From NCBI GenBank assembly GCA_026988435.1, contig JALSLH010000005.1, forward strand, positions 22,831 to 86,830: a DNA stretch of 64,000 nucleotides, in the 5' to 3' direction. Positions 19,381-27,718 of the stretch are shown here, piece after piece (positions within the stretch are counted from its first letter, which is position 1; every line of letters begins with the position of its first letter). Made by a program: the position numbers and the translations under genes. This stretch comes from Methylophaga sp. GTDB taxonomy: Bacteria > Pseudomonadota > Gammaproteobacteria > Nitrosococcales > Methylophagaceae. Under the pieces are notes generated by a model, which was not told the DNA's origin, did no database searches, and saw only the letters and a list, made by a program, of their open reading frames with translations.

Positions 19381-19764
19381 TTAATCGTACTTCATATATT
19401 TAAATCGTGGATCAGAGGGTGTCCCTTCAAAAGGACTACCTTCTTCTTCGGCGGGCTGCCATTGCACAACCGCTTCTATCTTTTTTGCTAACTCAAAATC
19501 TTTATCAGTAATGCCTTTTGCACTATGTGTAGTTAACTTCACAATCACAAAAGCATAAGAGGCTGAAATATCAGGATGATGCCATGCCGCTTCAGCTAAA
19601 TGGCCAACCGTATTCACCACCATCAACGTGCCTTTCCAGCCGCTGGTTTTATATTTACGGCGGATCCAGCCATTTTCGAAATACCAATGAGGTAGTTCTG
19701 CCGTTAATTTTTCAGCAACTTCTGATTCTGAATACGTTTTTTCTGTAATGCCAGACATAAACAC
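19381..19764 (-). CDS. 4a-hydroxytetrahydrobiopterin (pterin-4a-carbinolamine) dehydratase
   Basis: LPHWYFENGWIRRKYKTSGWKGTLMVVNTVGHLAEAAWHHPDISASYAFVIVKLTTHSAKGITDKDFELAKKIE is the PCD family core (HHPD). Confidence 0.85.
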   Translation of the reverse strand: MFMSGITEKTYSESEVAEKLTAELPHWYFENGWIRRKYKTSGWKGTLMVVNTVGHLAEAAWHHPDISASYAFVIVKLTTHSAKGITDKDFELAKKIEAVVQWQPAEEEGSPFEGTPSDPRFKYMKYD

Positions 19765-19805
19765 TCAACCTTATTATTTGTATAGTTTGAGCATACTCCA
19801 ATCGT

Positions 19806-20123
19806 TATATACCCGTGACCATTCAATCTGTAGATTTCAGAGTTTAGCACAAGCGTCAGAGCAAGGCGCAATGTGAAGGCAATGACTCGTCCTTGTCAAG
19901 CATTGCAACGCGGCACTGGCGTTTGTGCTAATCTCCCACAGGGCAAGAGAAGAAGCCACACTCTTCGTCGTTATAAAGTCTTAAATTATGCCTACACGGT
20001 TGTAGGTAAATAGAGCAATGCAGGAGCAGTTGCCGAGAATGACTAATTCTGCGACTTTATGCCTAGAATAGTATGGCTTCTTCTCTTGCTGAGTTCTACA
20101 GATTGAATGGTCACGGGTATATA
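19806..20123. mobile_element. MITE copy 1 (318 bp, perfect 28-bp terminal inverted repeats, structured 262-bp interior)
   Basis: The left end tatatacccgtgaccattcaatctgtag (19806-19833) is the exact reverse complement of the right end ctacagattgaatggtcacgggtatata (20096-20123). There is no transposase ORF. Related ends occur at 23089-23239, 48296-48341 and 60385-60559. Confidence 0.85.
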
Positions 20124-20669
20124 CTATCCACGCTTAGCACGCATTAATAGCGATTTAATCTCATTTTGTTTTAACTGCACCTGCAATGCATCCGCTTTTT
20201 TTCGGCCATTTATAGGCCCTATTTGAACGCGATGCCATGTGTCTTTATTATCGATCGTTACCTTATAAATTTTAGATTCAATACCTAAAAGTGCTAATTT
20301 TGCTTTAAAACCATCTGCATCTGATGCATTTCTAAAAGATCCCACCTGAATCAAATAACTCACTTTTTCTTCTGGCAATGATTCTGATGCTTTTTTAGGT
20401 GGCGAACTCGTCGTCATCGGTTGTTTAGGTGTGTTCACCACAACTTCCATTTCTGGTAATACCGTATAAAAATCAAACGTGGGCTCAACTTGTTGTTTTA
20501 TCTTTTGCTCTGTTACGACAACTTCTTCTCTAGGCTGCTCTGCTGGCACATTCTCTTTTAAATGAAAAAGAAACATTACAAAAGCACCGACAGCAAAGCT
20601 CAGTAACATCGGCCCCCATGGCAATGATTTTTCTTTTGCATTATTACGTGAATTTTTTCTTGCCGCCAT
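20124..20669 (-). CDS. SPOR-domain cell-division protein (FtsN/DedD-like)
   Basis: N-terminal TM anchor, a Pro/Glu-rich linker, and a C-terminal SPOR domain (YLIQVGSFRNASDADGFKAKLALLGIESKIYKVTIDNKDTWHRVQIGPI). Confidence 0.8.
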   Translation of the reverse strand: MAARKNSRNNAKEKSLPWGPMLLSFAVGAFVMFLFHLKENVPAEQPREEVVVTEQKIKQQVEPTFDFYTVLPEMEVVVNTPKQPMTTSSPPKKASESLPEEKVSYLIQVGSFRNASDADGFKAKLALLGIESKIYKVTIDNKDTWHRVQIGPINGRKKADALQVQLKQNEIKSLLMRAKRG

Positions 20670-22429
20670 TACATACTCTCCGGCGCCGAAACACCCATCA
20701 CCGTTAAACCATTTTCAATGACTTGTTTTATTGCCGTTATCAAGGTTAAACGTGCTTGGCTTAACTCAATATCATCAACAATAAAGTGATGTGCATTATA
20801 ATACGTATGAAAATCGCGGGCTAAGTCCATCAAATAATGCGCCAAAATATGGGGCGTATAATTTAATGCTGCCGTTTCAATAATTTCGGAATAACGTGAC
20901 AAAGCGGTGAATAATGCTAGCTCATGATCTTCTATTAAACGATTTAGGTTTTGCTCCCCCACGGTTTTATCCCAAACCAAACCACGCTCTTCTAACTGCC
21001 TAAATACACTGCAAACACGTGCATGGGCATATTGCACATAATAAACAGGGTTATCATTGCTTTGTGATTTAGCTAACTCAAGATCAAAATCCATATGCTG
21101 ATCGGCGCCGCGCATCACATAAAAGAAACGCGCCGCATCTTTACCAATTTCTTTGCGTAATTCATTTAAGGTGACAAATTGACCACTGCGAGTCGACATG
21201 GCAATTTTTTCATCACCGCGATACAACACAGCAAATTGCACCAGCAATACTTTTAAACGTGCTTCATCTTGCCCCATCGCCGTCAGTGACGCTCTAACAC
21301 GAGGAATATAACCATGGTGATCGCTTCCCCAGACATCAATTACGGTATCAAAGCCGCGATTATATTTATTTAAATGATAGGCAATATCGGATGCAAAATA
21401 GGTTGTTTGGCCGTTATCACGTACCACAACTCGATCTTTCTCATCACCATAATCGGTAGATTTAAACCACCAAGCCCCTTCTTTTTCATAGAGCACATTC
21501 GATGATTTTAACTGCTCAATCGCCTTGTCAACATCGCCAGATTCCATTAATGAACGTTCAGAAAACCACTCATCATAATCGGTACCAAAGTCCGCTAGAT
21601 CAGATTTAATACCGGCAATAATTGAATTTAAACCTAAATCAAATACTTTACGATAGTGTTCATCACCTAATAAAGCCTTGGCATTAACAATTAAACCATC
21701 AATATGCTGTTCTTTATCGCCGCCTTGTGGTTCATCATCAGGCACATCCGCAAATACATCAGCACTAGAACGTGAAAATGCATCACCCACTTCATCTTTC
21801 AATGACGCGGCAATATCTAAAACATAATCGCCTTTGTAAGCATTACTGGGAAAAGTGAATTGTTCACCACATGCTGCCAAATAACGCAGCCACACACTGG
21901 TCGCCAAAATATCCATCTGCCGACCGGCATCATTGACATAATATTCACGGTGAACTTCAAAACCAACTTCATTGAGCAAGCTACTTACTACTGAACCATA
22001 AGCCGCACCTCGACCATGACCTACATGCAATGGCCCTGTTGGGTTAGCAGATACAAATTCAACTTGAGCACGCTTGCCTTCGCCTAATTTACTTTTGCCA
22101 AATGCATCGCCAGCCGCCAATACATCTTTGACAATTTGTTGAGCAGAATCAGCAGAAAGAGTGAAATTAATAAAGCCTGGGCCTGCGATATCAACTTTGG
22201 TAATAAAATCAACATCAGGCAAAGCATCAACTATTGATGTCGCAATTTGGCGAGGATTCATTTTGGCAGAACGCGCCAACATCATCGCAATATTACAAGC
22301 AAAATCACCGTGTGCTTTATCTTTAGTGCGCTCAATTTGGATCTCTGGCACTGTCATTTCAGGAAGCATGCCTTGTGAAATTAAATCAGATAACACCTGA
22401 CTCAGCACATTAATTAGTTTAGCTTTCAA
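20669..22429 (-). CDS. argS: Arginine--tRNA ligase
   Basis: 586 aa. HIGH-type motif [22 protein letters not shown] (the KMSKS equivalent) and a C-terminal DALR anticodon-binding region. Confidence 0.95.
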   Translation of the reverse strand: MKAKLINVLSQVLSDLISQGMLPEMTVPEIQIERTKDKAHGDFACNIAMMLARSAKMNPRQIATSIVDALPDVDFITKVDIAGPGFINFTLSADSAQQIVKDVLAAGDAFGKSKLGEGKRAQVEFVSANPTGPLHVGHGRGAAYGSVVSSLLNEVGFEVHREYYVNDAGRQMDILATSVWLRYLAACGEQFTFPSNAYKGDYVLDIAASLKDEVGDAFSRSSADVFADVPDDEPQGGDKEQHIDGLIVNAKALLGDEHYRKVFDLGLNSIIAGIKSDLADFGTDYDEWFSERSLMESGDVDKAIEQLKSSNVLYEKEGAWWFKSTDYGDEKDRVVVRDNGQTTYFASDIAYHLNKYNRGFDTVIDVWGSDHHGYIPRVRASLTAMGQDEARLKVLLVQFAVLYRGDEKIAMSTRSGQFVTLNELRKEIGKDAARFFYVMRGADQHMDFDLELAKSQSNDNPVYYVQYAHARVCSVFRQLEERGLVWDKTVGEQNLNRLIEDHELALFTALSRYSEIIETAALNYTPHILAHYLMDLARDFHTYYNAHHFIVDDIELSQARLTLITAIKQVIENGLTVMGVSAPESM

Positions 22430-22488
22430 GATTGCAAACCTACGGGAAAAGGGAATTGAACTATTTTAACCGATCTACAATATGACTG

Positions 22489-22800
22489 TTAGCTGTTTTT
22501 TCTTGCATTAAGCAAATATTTTCGCAACATTCTTTCACTGCGCATCACATAGAGAATATAAACGCGATCAGCGTCAATTCTATAAAAAATACGACAGGGC
22601 TTTACGATAATTTCTAAATATCGTGATTCTTTGAACTCTGTTGGCTTACGACCAGACTCGGGGAATTGTTCAAGACGATCTGTGTTAGAAAAAACTTTTT
22701 TAACTAAATTAGCAGCAGCACTGGGTTTATCTAAAGCGATATATTCTGCTATTGCAGTAAGATCTGAAAGTGCTGGCTCAGTCCATATTACTTGAGCCAT
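22489..22800 (-). CDS. Type II toxin, RelE/ParE family
   Basis: 103 aa. It overlaps the upstream antitoxin by 13 nt, and IFYRIDADRVYILYVMRSERM is typical of ParE/RelE. Confidence 0.8.
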   Translation of the reverse strand: MAQVIWTEPALSDLTAIAEYIALDKPSAAANLVKKVFSNTDRLEQFPESGRKPTEFKESRYLEIIVKPCRIFYRIDADRVYILYVMRSERMLRKYLLNARKNS

Positions 22801-23045
22801 TTACTCATTTTTTGTTTTGCTTGTGCTTGTGTATAAAGTCGCTCTTCTAGAATAGCCGCTTCCCCTTTCGCTATTCCATCCAAAATTTCCATACGATTTT
22901 GCATCATTTCATAATCATCAACATCGATCAAATAGGCTGAGGGTTGACCATGTTCAGTAATAAGCACAGGCTCTTTAGAATCGTGTAATTCAGCCAATAT
23001 TTTGGTTGCTTGGCGCTTTAAAGTAGTTACTAATTCAGTTTTCAT
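22788..23045 (-). CDS. Type II antitoxin, Phd/YefM family
   Basis: 85 aa. The N-terminus LKRQATKILAELHDSKEPVLITEHGQPSAYLIDVDDYE is the Phd/YefM fold signature. Confidence 0.8.
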   Translation of the reverse strand: MKTELVTTLKRQATKILAELHDSKEPVLITEHGQPSAYLIDVDDYEMMQNRMEILDGIAKGEAAILEERLYTQAQAKQKMSKWLK

Positions 23046-23048
23046 GAA

Positions 23049-23066
23049 GTGATACTATACTATCAC
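23049..23066. promoter_or_regulatory. Palindromic candidate operator of the Phd/ParE operon
   Basis: GTGATA-ctatac-TATCAC lies 4 nt upstream of the antitoxin ATG. Autoregulation by the TA complex is the norm for this family. Confidence 0.4.
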
Positions 23067-23088
23067 TAATGTCTTTACAATTAGTTTT

Positions 23089-23239
23089 TATACTCCTGAT
23101 CATTCAATGTGTAGATTATCACTCCATCGTCACTCTCGCATGTGGTTAGCGGGAGTCTTGCTTATGTCCAGATTCCGGCTAAAAGACTACCGGAATGACG
23201 CGTTGGAAAAACTGCAACTTGAATGGTCATGGGTATATA
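23089..23239. mobile_element. MITE copy 2 (degenerate TIRs, composite palindromic-module interior)
   Basis: Left end tatactcctgatcattcaatgtgtag and right end ctgcaacttgaatggtcatgggtatata match the copy-1 TIRs. The interior is cgtcactctcgcatgtggttagcgggagtcttgcttatgtccagattccggctaaaagactaccggaatgacg. Confidence 0.75.
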
Positions 23240-23240
23240 C

Positions 23241-25424
23241 TCACATCAAATCAACAGGATCAATATCAATTGACCAACGAACTTTTCTAGCTAATTTTAA
23301 TTTTGAAATAACATCAATCGTGTGATCTAATAATTGATGAATGGGTTTTCGTTTTTCACATGATAATAAAAGTTGTGCTCGATATCGACCTGCCCGCTTT
23401 TCCATTATGGCCGGTACTGGTCCTAAAATCATTACTTGTTGTTGATTGGCTTGGTTTAGCACGTCTAAAACTTCTGTTAAAAACAGCATGGCAAGGGTTT
23501 GTTGTCTATCTTCTGCTCTAATAACACAGAGTGATCCTGCCGGCGGCATCCCCATATCTTTACGTTGTTCTAAGATTTTATGGGCAATATAACTATAATT
23601 TTTCCCTATTAACTCTTTCCAAAATCTATGTTGTGGCTGACTGGTTTGAATAAAGACTTCGCCTGATTTTTCACCACGACCCGCTCGACCTGTTACCTGA
23701 GTAATTAATTGAGCCAAGGTCTCCGTAGCCCTAAAACCAGCACTAAACAAACCTTGATCGGCATCTAATACGCCTACAAGTGTGACATTATGAAAATCAT
23801 GCCCTTTAGCTAACATTTGTGTGCCGACCAAAATCTTAGCCCCACCTTTTTGAATATCCGCCACAATATCAGCAAATGCATTTACCTTTTGAGTAGAGTC
23901 ACGATCAATTCTAATAACAGGTGTTTCAGGAAAATATTGCTGCAAAGTTTGTTCTAATTGCTGTGTACCCACACCATAAGTTTTTAATTCTGTTGTTTTG
24001 CAAGTAGGACAGTGTTGAATTAAACGATGAATTAAACCACAGTGATGACACATTAAAATATTGCGAGATTGATGCACAATCATTTTGGCATCACACGAGG
24101 TACATGTCGCCTGCCAATTACAATCATGACACATTAAAACGGGTGCAAAGCCGCGTCTATTTATAAATAATAAAACCTGATTACCTTCGCCTATTTGCTT
24201 TTTAATCGATTTATATAAAATACTAGAAAGGCCGCTATTAGCTTTAGGTCCTTCGCTATCAATGACTCGTACTTTAGGTAACTGTGCACCGGTCGCTCGC
24301 TCGGTTAATGTGAGTTGTGTATAACGTCCTTGTTCGACGTTATAGAGACTTTCTAATGAAGGGGTCGCACTACCTAAAAGAATAGGTATTTCAGCTCTCT
24401 GAGCTCTTATTAAAGCAACACTTCGGGCATGATAACGTAAGCCGTCTTGTTGCTTGTAAGAACTATCATGTTCTTCATCAATAATAATAAGGCCAATATT
24501 CTTTAGTGGTGTAAAAACAGCTGATCGAGTGCCAATAATTACATCAGTTAAACCATCTCGAGCCAATAGCCATGCTTGTTTTCGATCACTATCTGATATC
24601 GCAGAATTAAGCACCACAATATTTGCCTCTAAATGTTGGCGAAAGCGTTGAACAAACTGGGTCGTTAAACCAATTTCTGGAATTAAAATAATCGTTTGTT
24701 TACCCTTTTCTATAATTTTTTTGGTCAACTGAATATAAACTTCTGTTTTACCACTGCCAGTGATGCCATGTAATAAATAGGGCTTAAACGAATGATGATC
24801 TTTCCAGAGAGTATCAACGATATTTAGCTGTTGTTTAGATAAAAGATGAGATGGTTTTGTATTACAGGCTAAAAGTGTTTGTTTTACTTGTTGATGTTGC
24901 GTTATTACATTTTTATTTTCTAATGAAAGTAATGATGATTTACATGAGCCTAATTCAGCTGTTATTTGTTGTTGTGAAATAGCGCTTGAATAGTTAGTTA
25001 AATAAGACACTATTTGCTGTTGTTTTTCACCTAGTTTTATTTCATCTTGTTTTAACGCTAACTTCCAATATGTTTCAGTTTTTAATACCGCTGGATCTTG
25101 TTGGCGTAATTTCTTTGGTAAGGCTGCCTGAAAACATTCACCTAAAGGATGATGATAATAATCACTCACCCACTGAATTAGATCAAAAGTGTTTTGTGGA
25201 ATTAAGGCTTGATCATCAATAAATTTCTCAATCGTTTTTAATTTAGCATTATTCTTTTCAGTAGTAGATCGTGAAATACCCACTATTATTCCAACCAACT
25301 GACGAGATCTAAAAGAAACTAAAACCCGCATTCCAACTTTAGGAGTGATATTAGAATCTATATTGAGATAATCAAAAATAGTCCGTAAAGGGGTCGGAAT
25401 AGCAATATGAAGAAGTGATGTCAT
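23241..25424 (-). CDS. priA: Primosomal protein N' (replication restart helicase PriA)
   Basis: 727 aa. Walker A GITGSGKT, DEEH box IIIDEEHD and a Cys-rich zinc region (CHDCNWQATCTSCDAKMIVH...CHHCG...CPTCK). Confidence 0.95.
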   Translation of the reverse strand: MTSLLHIAIPTPLRTIFDYLNIDSNITPKVGMRVLVSFRSRQLVGIIVGISRSTTEKNNAKLKTIEKFIDDQALIPQNTFDLIQWVSDYYHHPLGECFQAALPKKLRQQDPAVLKTETYWKLALKQDEIKLGEKQQQIVSYLTNYSSAISQQQITAELGSCKSSLLSLENKNVITQHQQVKQTLLACNTKPSHLLSKQQLNIVDTLWKDHHSFKPYLLHGITGSGKTEVYIQLTKKIIEKGKQTIILIPEIGLTTQFVQRFRQHLEANIVVLNSAISDSDRKQAWLLARDGLTDVIIGTRSAVFTPLKNIGLIIIDEEHDSSYKQQDGLRYHARSVALIRAQRAEIPILLGSATPSLESLYNVEQGRYTQLTLTERATGAQLPKVRVIDSEGPKANSGLSSILYKSIKKQIGEGNQVLLFINRRGFAPVLMCHDCNWQATCTSCDAKMIVHQSRNILMCHHCGLIHRLIQHCPTCKTTELKTYGVGTQQLEQTLQQYFPETPVIRIDRDSTQKVNAFADIVADIQKGGAKILVGTQMLAKGHDFHNVTLVGVLDADQGLFSAGFRATETLAQLITQVTGRAGRGEKSGEVFIQTSQPQHRFWKELIGKNYSYIAHKILEQRKDMGMPPAGSLCVIRAEDRQQTLAMLFLTEVLDVLNQANQQQVMILGPVPAIMEKRAGRYRAQLLLSCEKRKPIHQLLDHTIDVISKLKLARKVRWSIDIDPVDLM

Positions 25425-25577
25425 TGAATAAGTATAAATAATAAATATAGTTTTAAAAGATTATGTTGTTGTTGTTTATTGTCTGTTGATATGTGAGTAA
25501 CTAGTTTTTAAAATTAAAAATCAAAAACTTAAGCTAAAGATCTATGTTGATAAGGTGATTATTTTTTCTCTTTATAC

Positions 25578-25620
25578 TGTGGATAAAGCATTAAGTTATC
25601 CACAGCTAAAGTTATCCACA
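25578..25620. promoter_or_regulatory. Cluster of three perfect DnaA boxes
   Basis: tgtggataa (25578-25586, inverted), ttatccaca (25596-25604) and ttatccaca (25612-25620) each match the TTATCCACA consensus 9/9. The last two lie in a 14-bp direct repeat, aagttatccacagc. A very AT-rich tract lies immediately upstream (25430-25560). Confidence 0.6.
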
Positions 25621-25671
25621 GCTTTTTATTCAATTTATAAAGTTGTTATACAGATGTTATTGTATAAGTAT

Positions 25672-25702
25672 CGTCATCCTCGAGATCTTTTATCGGGGAT
25701 CT
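25672..25702. repeat. Short palindromic module (cgtcatcctcgagatcttttatcggggatct)
   Basis: The same module recurs at 1060-1086 (rc), 37221-37255 (rc) and 43347-43376. Confidence 0.75.
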
Positions 25703-25792
25703 TTATGGTTACTATATAGACTTCTGTTTTAAACGTATGACAATAAAGGATAGGGGAAAAATAGCAACGCCAATGATTTTAAGGGTAAATAA

Positions 25793-26278
25793 ATGAAAAT
25801 AGCGCTTATTGTTGCAACAGATCAGCAAGGTTTAATTGGTAAAGATAATGATCTTCCTTGGCATTTATCTGCCGATCTACAATATTTTAAAAAAGTGACA
25901 ATGGGTAAGCCACTGATTATGGGGAGAAATACCCATGAATCAATAGGTCGAGCATTACCAGGTCGACAAAACATAATAGTTACAAAAAATAGATCTTATA
26001 AAGCCGAGGGGTGTTCGGTTGTACACTCAACAGAAGCAGCATTATCACTGGTAAAAGATGCGCAAGAAGTAATGGTGATGGGTGGCGCATCTTTATATAC
26101 ACAACTATTACCACAAGCAGATAAATTATATCTAACCTTAGTGCATGCAGACTTAGAGGGTGATACATGGTTTCCGCAATGGTATTCAGAGCAATGGCAA
26201 AAAATAAGCTGTGAGGATCATCCGGCGGACGATAAAAACGAATACCCTTACAGTTTTATCGTCTATCAAAAAAAATAA
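25793..26278 (+). CDS. folA: Dihydrofolate reductase
   Basis: 161 aa. MKIALIVATDQQGLIGKDNDLPWHL...MGRNTHESIGRALPGR is the canonical type I DHFR pattern. Confidence 0.95.
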   Translation: MKIALIVATDQQGLIGKDNDLPWHLSADLQYFKKVTMGKPLIMGRNTHESIGRALPGRQNIIVTKNRSYKAEGCSVVHSTEAALSLVKDAQEVMVMGGASLYTQLLPQADKLYLTLVHADLEGDTWFPQWYSEQWQKISCEDHPADDKNEYPYSFIVYQKK

Positions 26279-26280
26279 TA

Positions 26281-26306
26281 GTAGGAGCGGCTTCAGCCAC
26301 GAATAG
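26281..26306. repeat. REP-like unit gtaggagcggcttcagccacgaatag
   Basis: Internal palindrome GCGGCT/AGCC(A)C. Two inverted copies of the same unit lie at 35925-36009. Confidence 0.7.
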
Positions 26307-26308
26307 AC

Positions 26309-26545
26309 TTATTCCGAGCTTAATATTCGCAAAGCAGCCTGCGTATGTTCAGCGGCTTCATGACCCAAATCAGTGAGATAACCACCATCTTCACTATCAA
26401 CCAAACCTTTATTATGTAAGCGTTTAGCTGCCTCAATTAGTTCTTCACGAGCTGTATGATGGACTTTTATCCCTTCTTGAGTTGTATCCAAATTGTAGCG
26501 AAGTAAAACTTCAATTTCATCGACGAGATCTTGTTGTAATGGCAT
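26309..26545 (-). CDS. Small conserved hypothetical protein (78 aa)
   Basis: Clean ORF with an acidic helical N-terminus and the motif KRLHNKGLVDSEDGGYLTDLGHEAAEH. It resembles a small family found in Pseudomonas and Shewanella-type genomes, from memory only. Function is unknown. Confidence 0.5.
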   Translation of the reverse strand: MPLQQDLVDEIEVLLRYNLDTTQEGIKVHHTAREELIEAAKRLHNKGLVDSEDGGYLTDLGHEAAEHTQAALRILSSE

Positions 26546-26747
26546 GGTTTTACCTTGAATTAAATTAAAACTTAATCCTACACGGATTTTAGCTATAAAG
26601 GATCTATTTTAAGATATTTATTAAAAAATAATAGAGAAAGTGTGAGCAGTAACACGGAAATATTATAGATAAGTGATCAATAATGCCTCTATCTACCCTT
26701 TGGTACAGTAGTATCCTTGTTATATTTATGGTATAAAAACAGTTATT

Positions 26748-27257
26748 ATGATAAAAAACAATAAAATACAAGGCTTTACCTTGCTAGAGTTGATGATAAC
26801 CGTTGCAATTGCTGCCATTTTAACAGCGATAGGTATTCCTAGTTTTACGGGTTTAATTAGGGATAGTCGAATGACAACAAGCACTAATGATTTTCTCACA
26901 GCATTAAATTATGCCCGGAGTGAAGCTGCGACAAGAAATGAAGATGTAATAGTTCAAAGTAAGAGTGGAATAAACCTTGATTGGAAGGATGGCTGGGATG
27001 TTTATATTGATGCTAATACTAATAATATAGTTGATCCTGGAGAGTTATTAAAAACTCATGATGCCTTACCAGCGGGCTATACCTTAACTTCCAACAATTT
27101 TAACACTCAAGTTGAATATGATCCTTCAGGGATGATAACAACTAATTTTAACGCAAGTTTTTTTCTCTGTTTAAATTCTGACGCAAGTACGGCTAGAGCT
27201 GTTATTGTTAACCGTTTAGGGCGAGCAAGGGTAGATACGGCGGCAGCATGTTCTTAA
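26748..27257 (+). CDS. fimU: Type IV minor pilin, GspH/FimT/FimU family
   Basis: Prepilin leader and N-methylation site (QGFTLLELMITVAIAAILTAIGIPSF). It is the first gene of the minor-pilin operon. Confidence 0.8.
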   Translation: MIKNNKIQGFTLLELMITVAIAAILTAIGIPSFTGLIRDSRMTTSTNDFLTALNYARSEAATRNEDVIVQSKSGINLDWKDGWDVYIDANTNNIVDPGELLKTHDALPAGYTLTSNNFNTQVEYDPSGMITTNFNASFFLCLNSDASTARAVIVNRLGRARVDTAAACS

Positions 27258-27718
27258 AAAAAATAAAGAATAACGGTTTCACATTAATTGAAGTGTTAAT
27301 TACACTTGTTATTATGGCTATTGGCTTGCTGGGCTTAGCTGGCCTTCAAATAAACTCGCTACGTGATAATTTAAGTGCTGAACACCGCGGCAAGGCGGCA
27401 CAATTAGCCTATGATATGGCTGATCGAATGCGATCAAATATAGATAGAAACAATATGGCGGGATTAAATGACTACACAAACGCAGGGCTTGAGAACACTA
27501 GTTGTATTGCTGTACCAATTGTCGGGTGTACAGCAACAGAACAAGCTGGCCATGATGTGTTTGAATGGGAGAGGGATATTGCCAATTCGCTTCCGCTAGG
27601 TCAAGGAGATGTAAGTGTTGCGGCAGGTGTGTATAGCATTATTGTCGAATGGGATGATGATCGCAGTGGTGTGGTTGACGCGAGTGATGCGGTGTTTACA
27701 ATAAGGTTTGAACCATGA
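27248..27718 (+). CDS. pilV: Type IV minor pilin PilV
   Basis: NGFTLIEVLITLVIMAIGLLGLAGLQ is the characteristic PilV N-terminus. It overlaps fimU and pilW. Confidence 0.8.
   Translation: MFLKKIKNNGFTLIEVLITLVIMAIGLLGLAGLQINSLRDNLSAEHRGKAAQLAYDMADRMRSNIDRNNMAGLNDYTNAGLENTSCIAVPIVGCTATEQAGHDVFEWERDIANSLPLGQGDVSVAAGVYSIIVEWDDDRSGVVDASDAVFTIRFEP

Noticed and set aside
19882-20013. 43-aa basic, Cys-containing ORF inside MITE copy 1, considered as a possible type I toxin or small peptide
   Set aside because: The only purine-rich stretch (GAAGG) ends 2 nt before the ATG, which is too close for an RBS. The ORF spans the paired stems, so RNA structure explains the sequence better.
25430-25790. Calling this region oriC outright
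   Set aside because: There are only three DnaA boxes, I could identify no clear array of 13-mer unwinding repeats, and dnaA is not adjacent. I report it as a candidate DnaA-binding locus, pending GC-skew or marker-frequency data.
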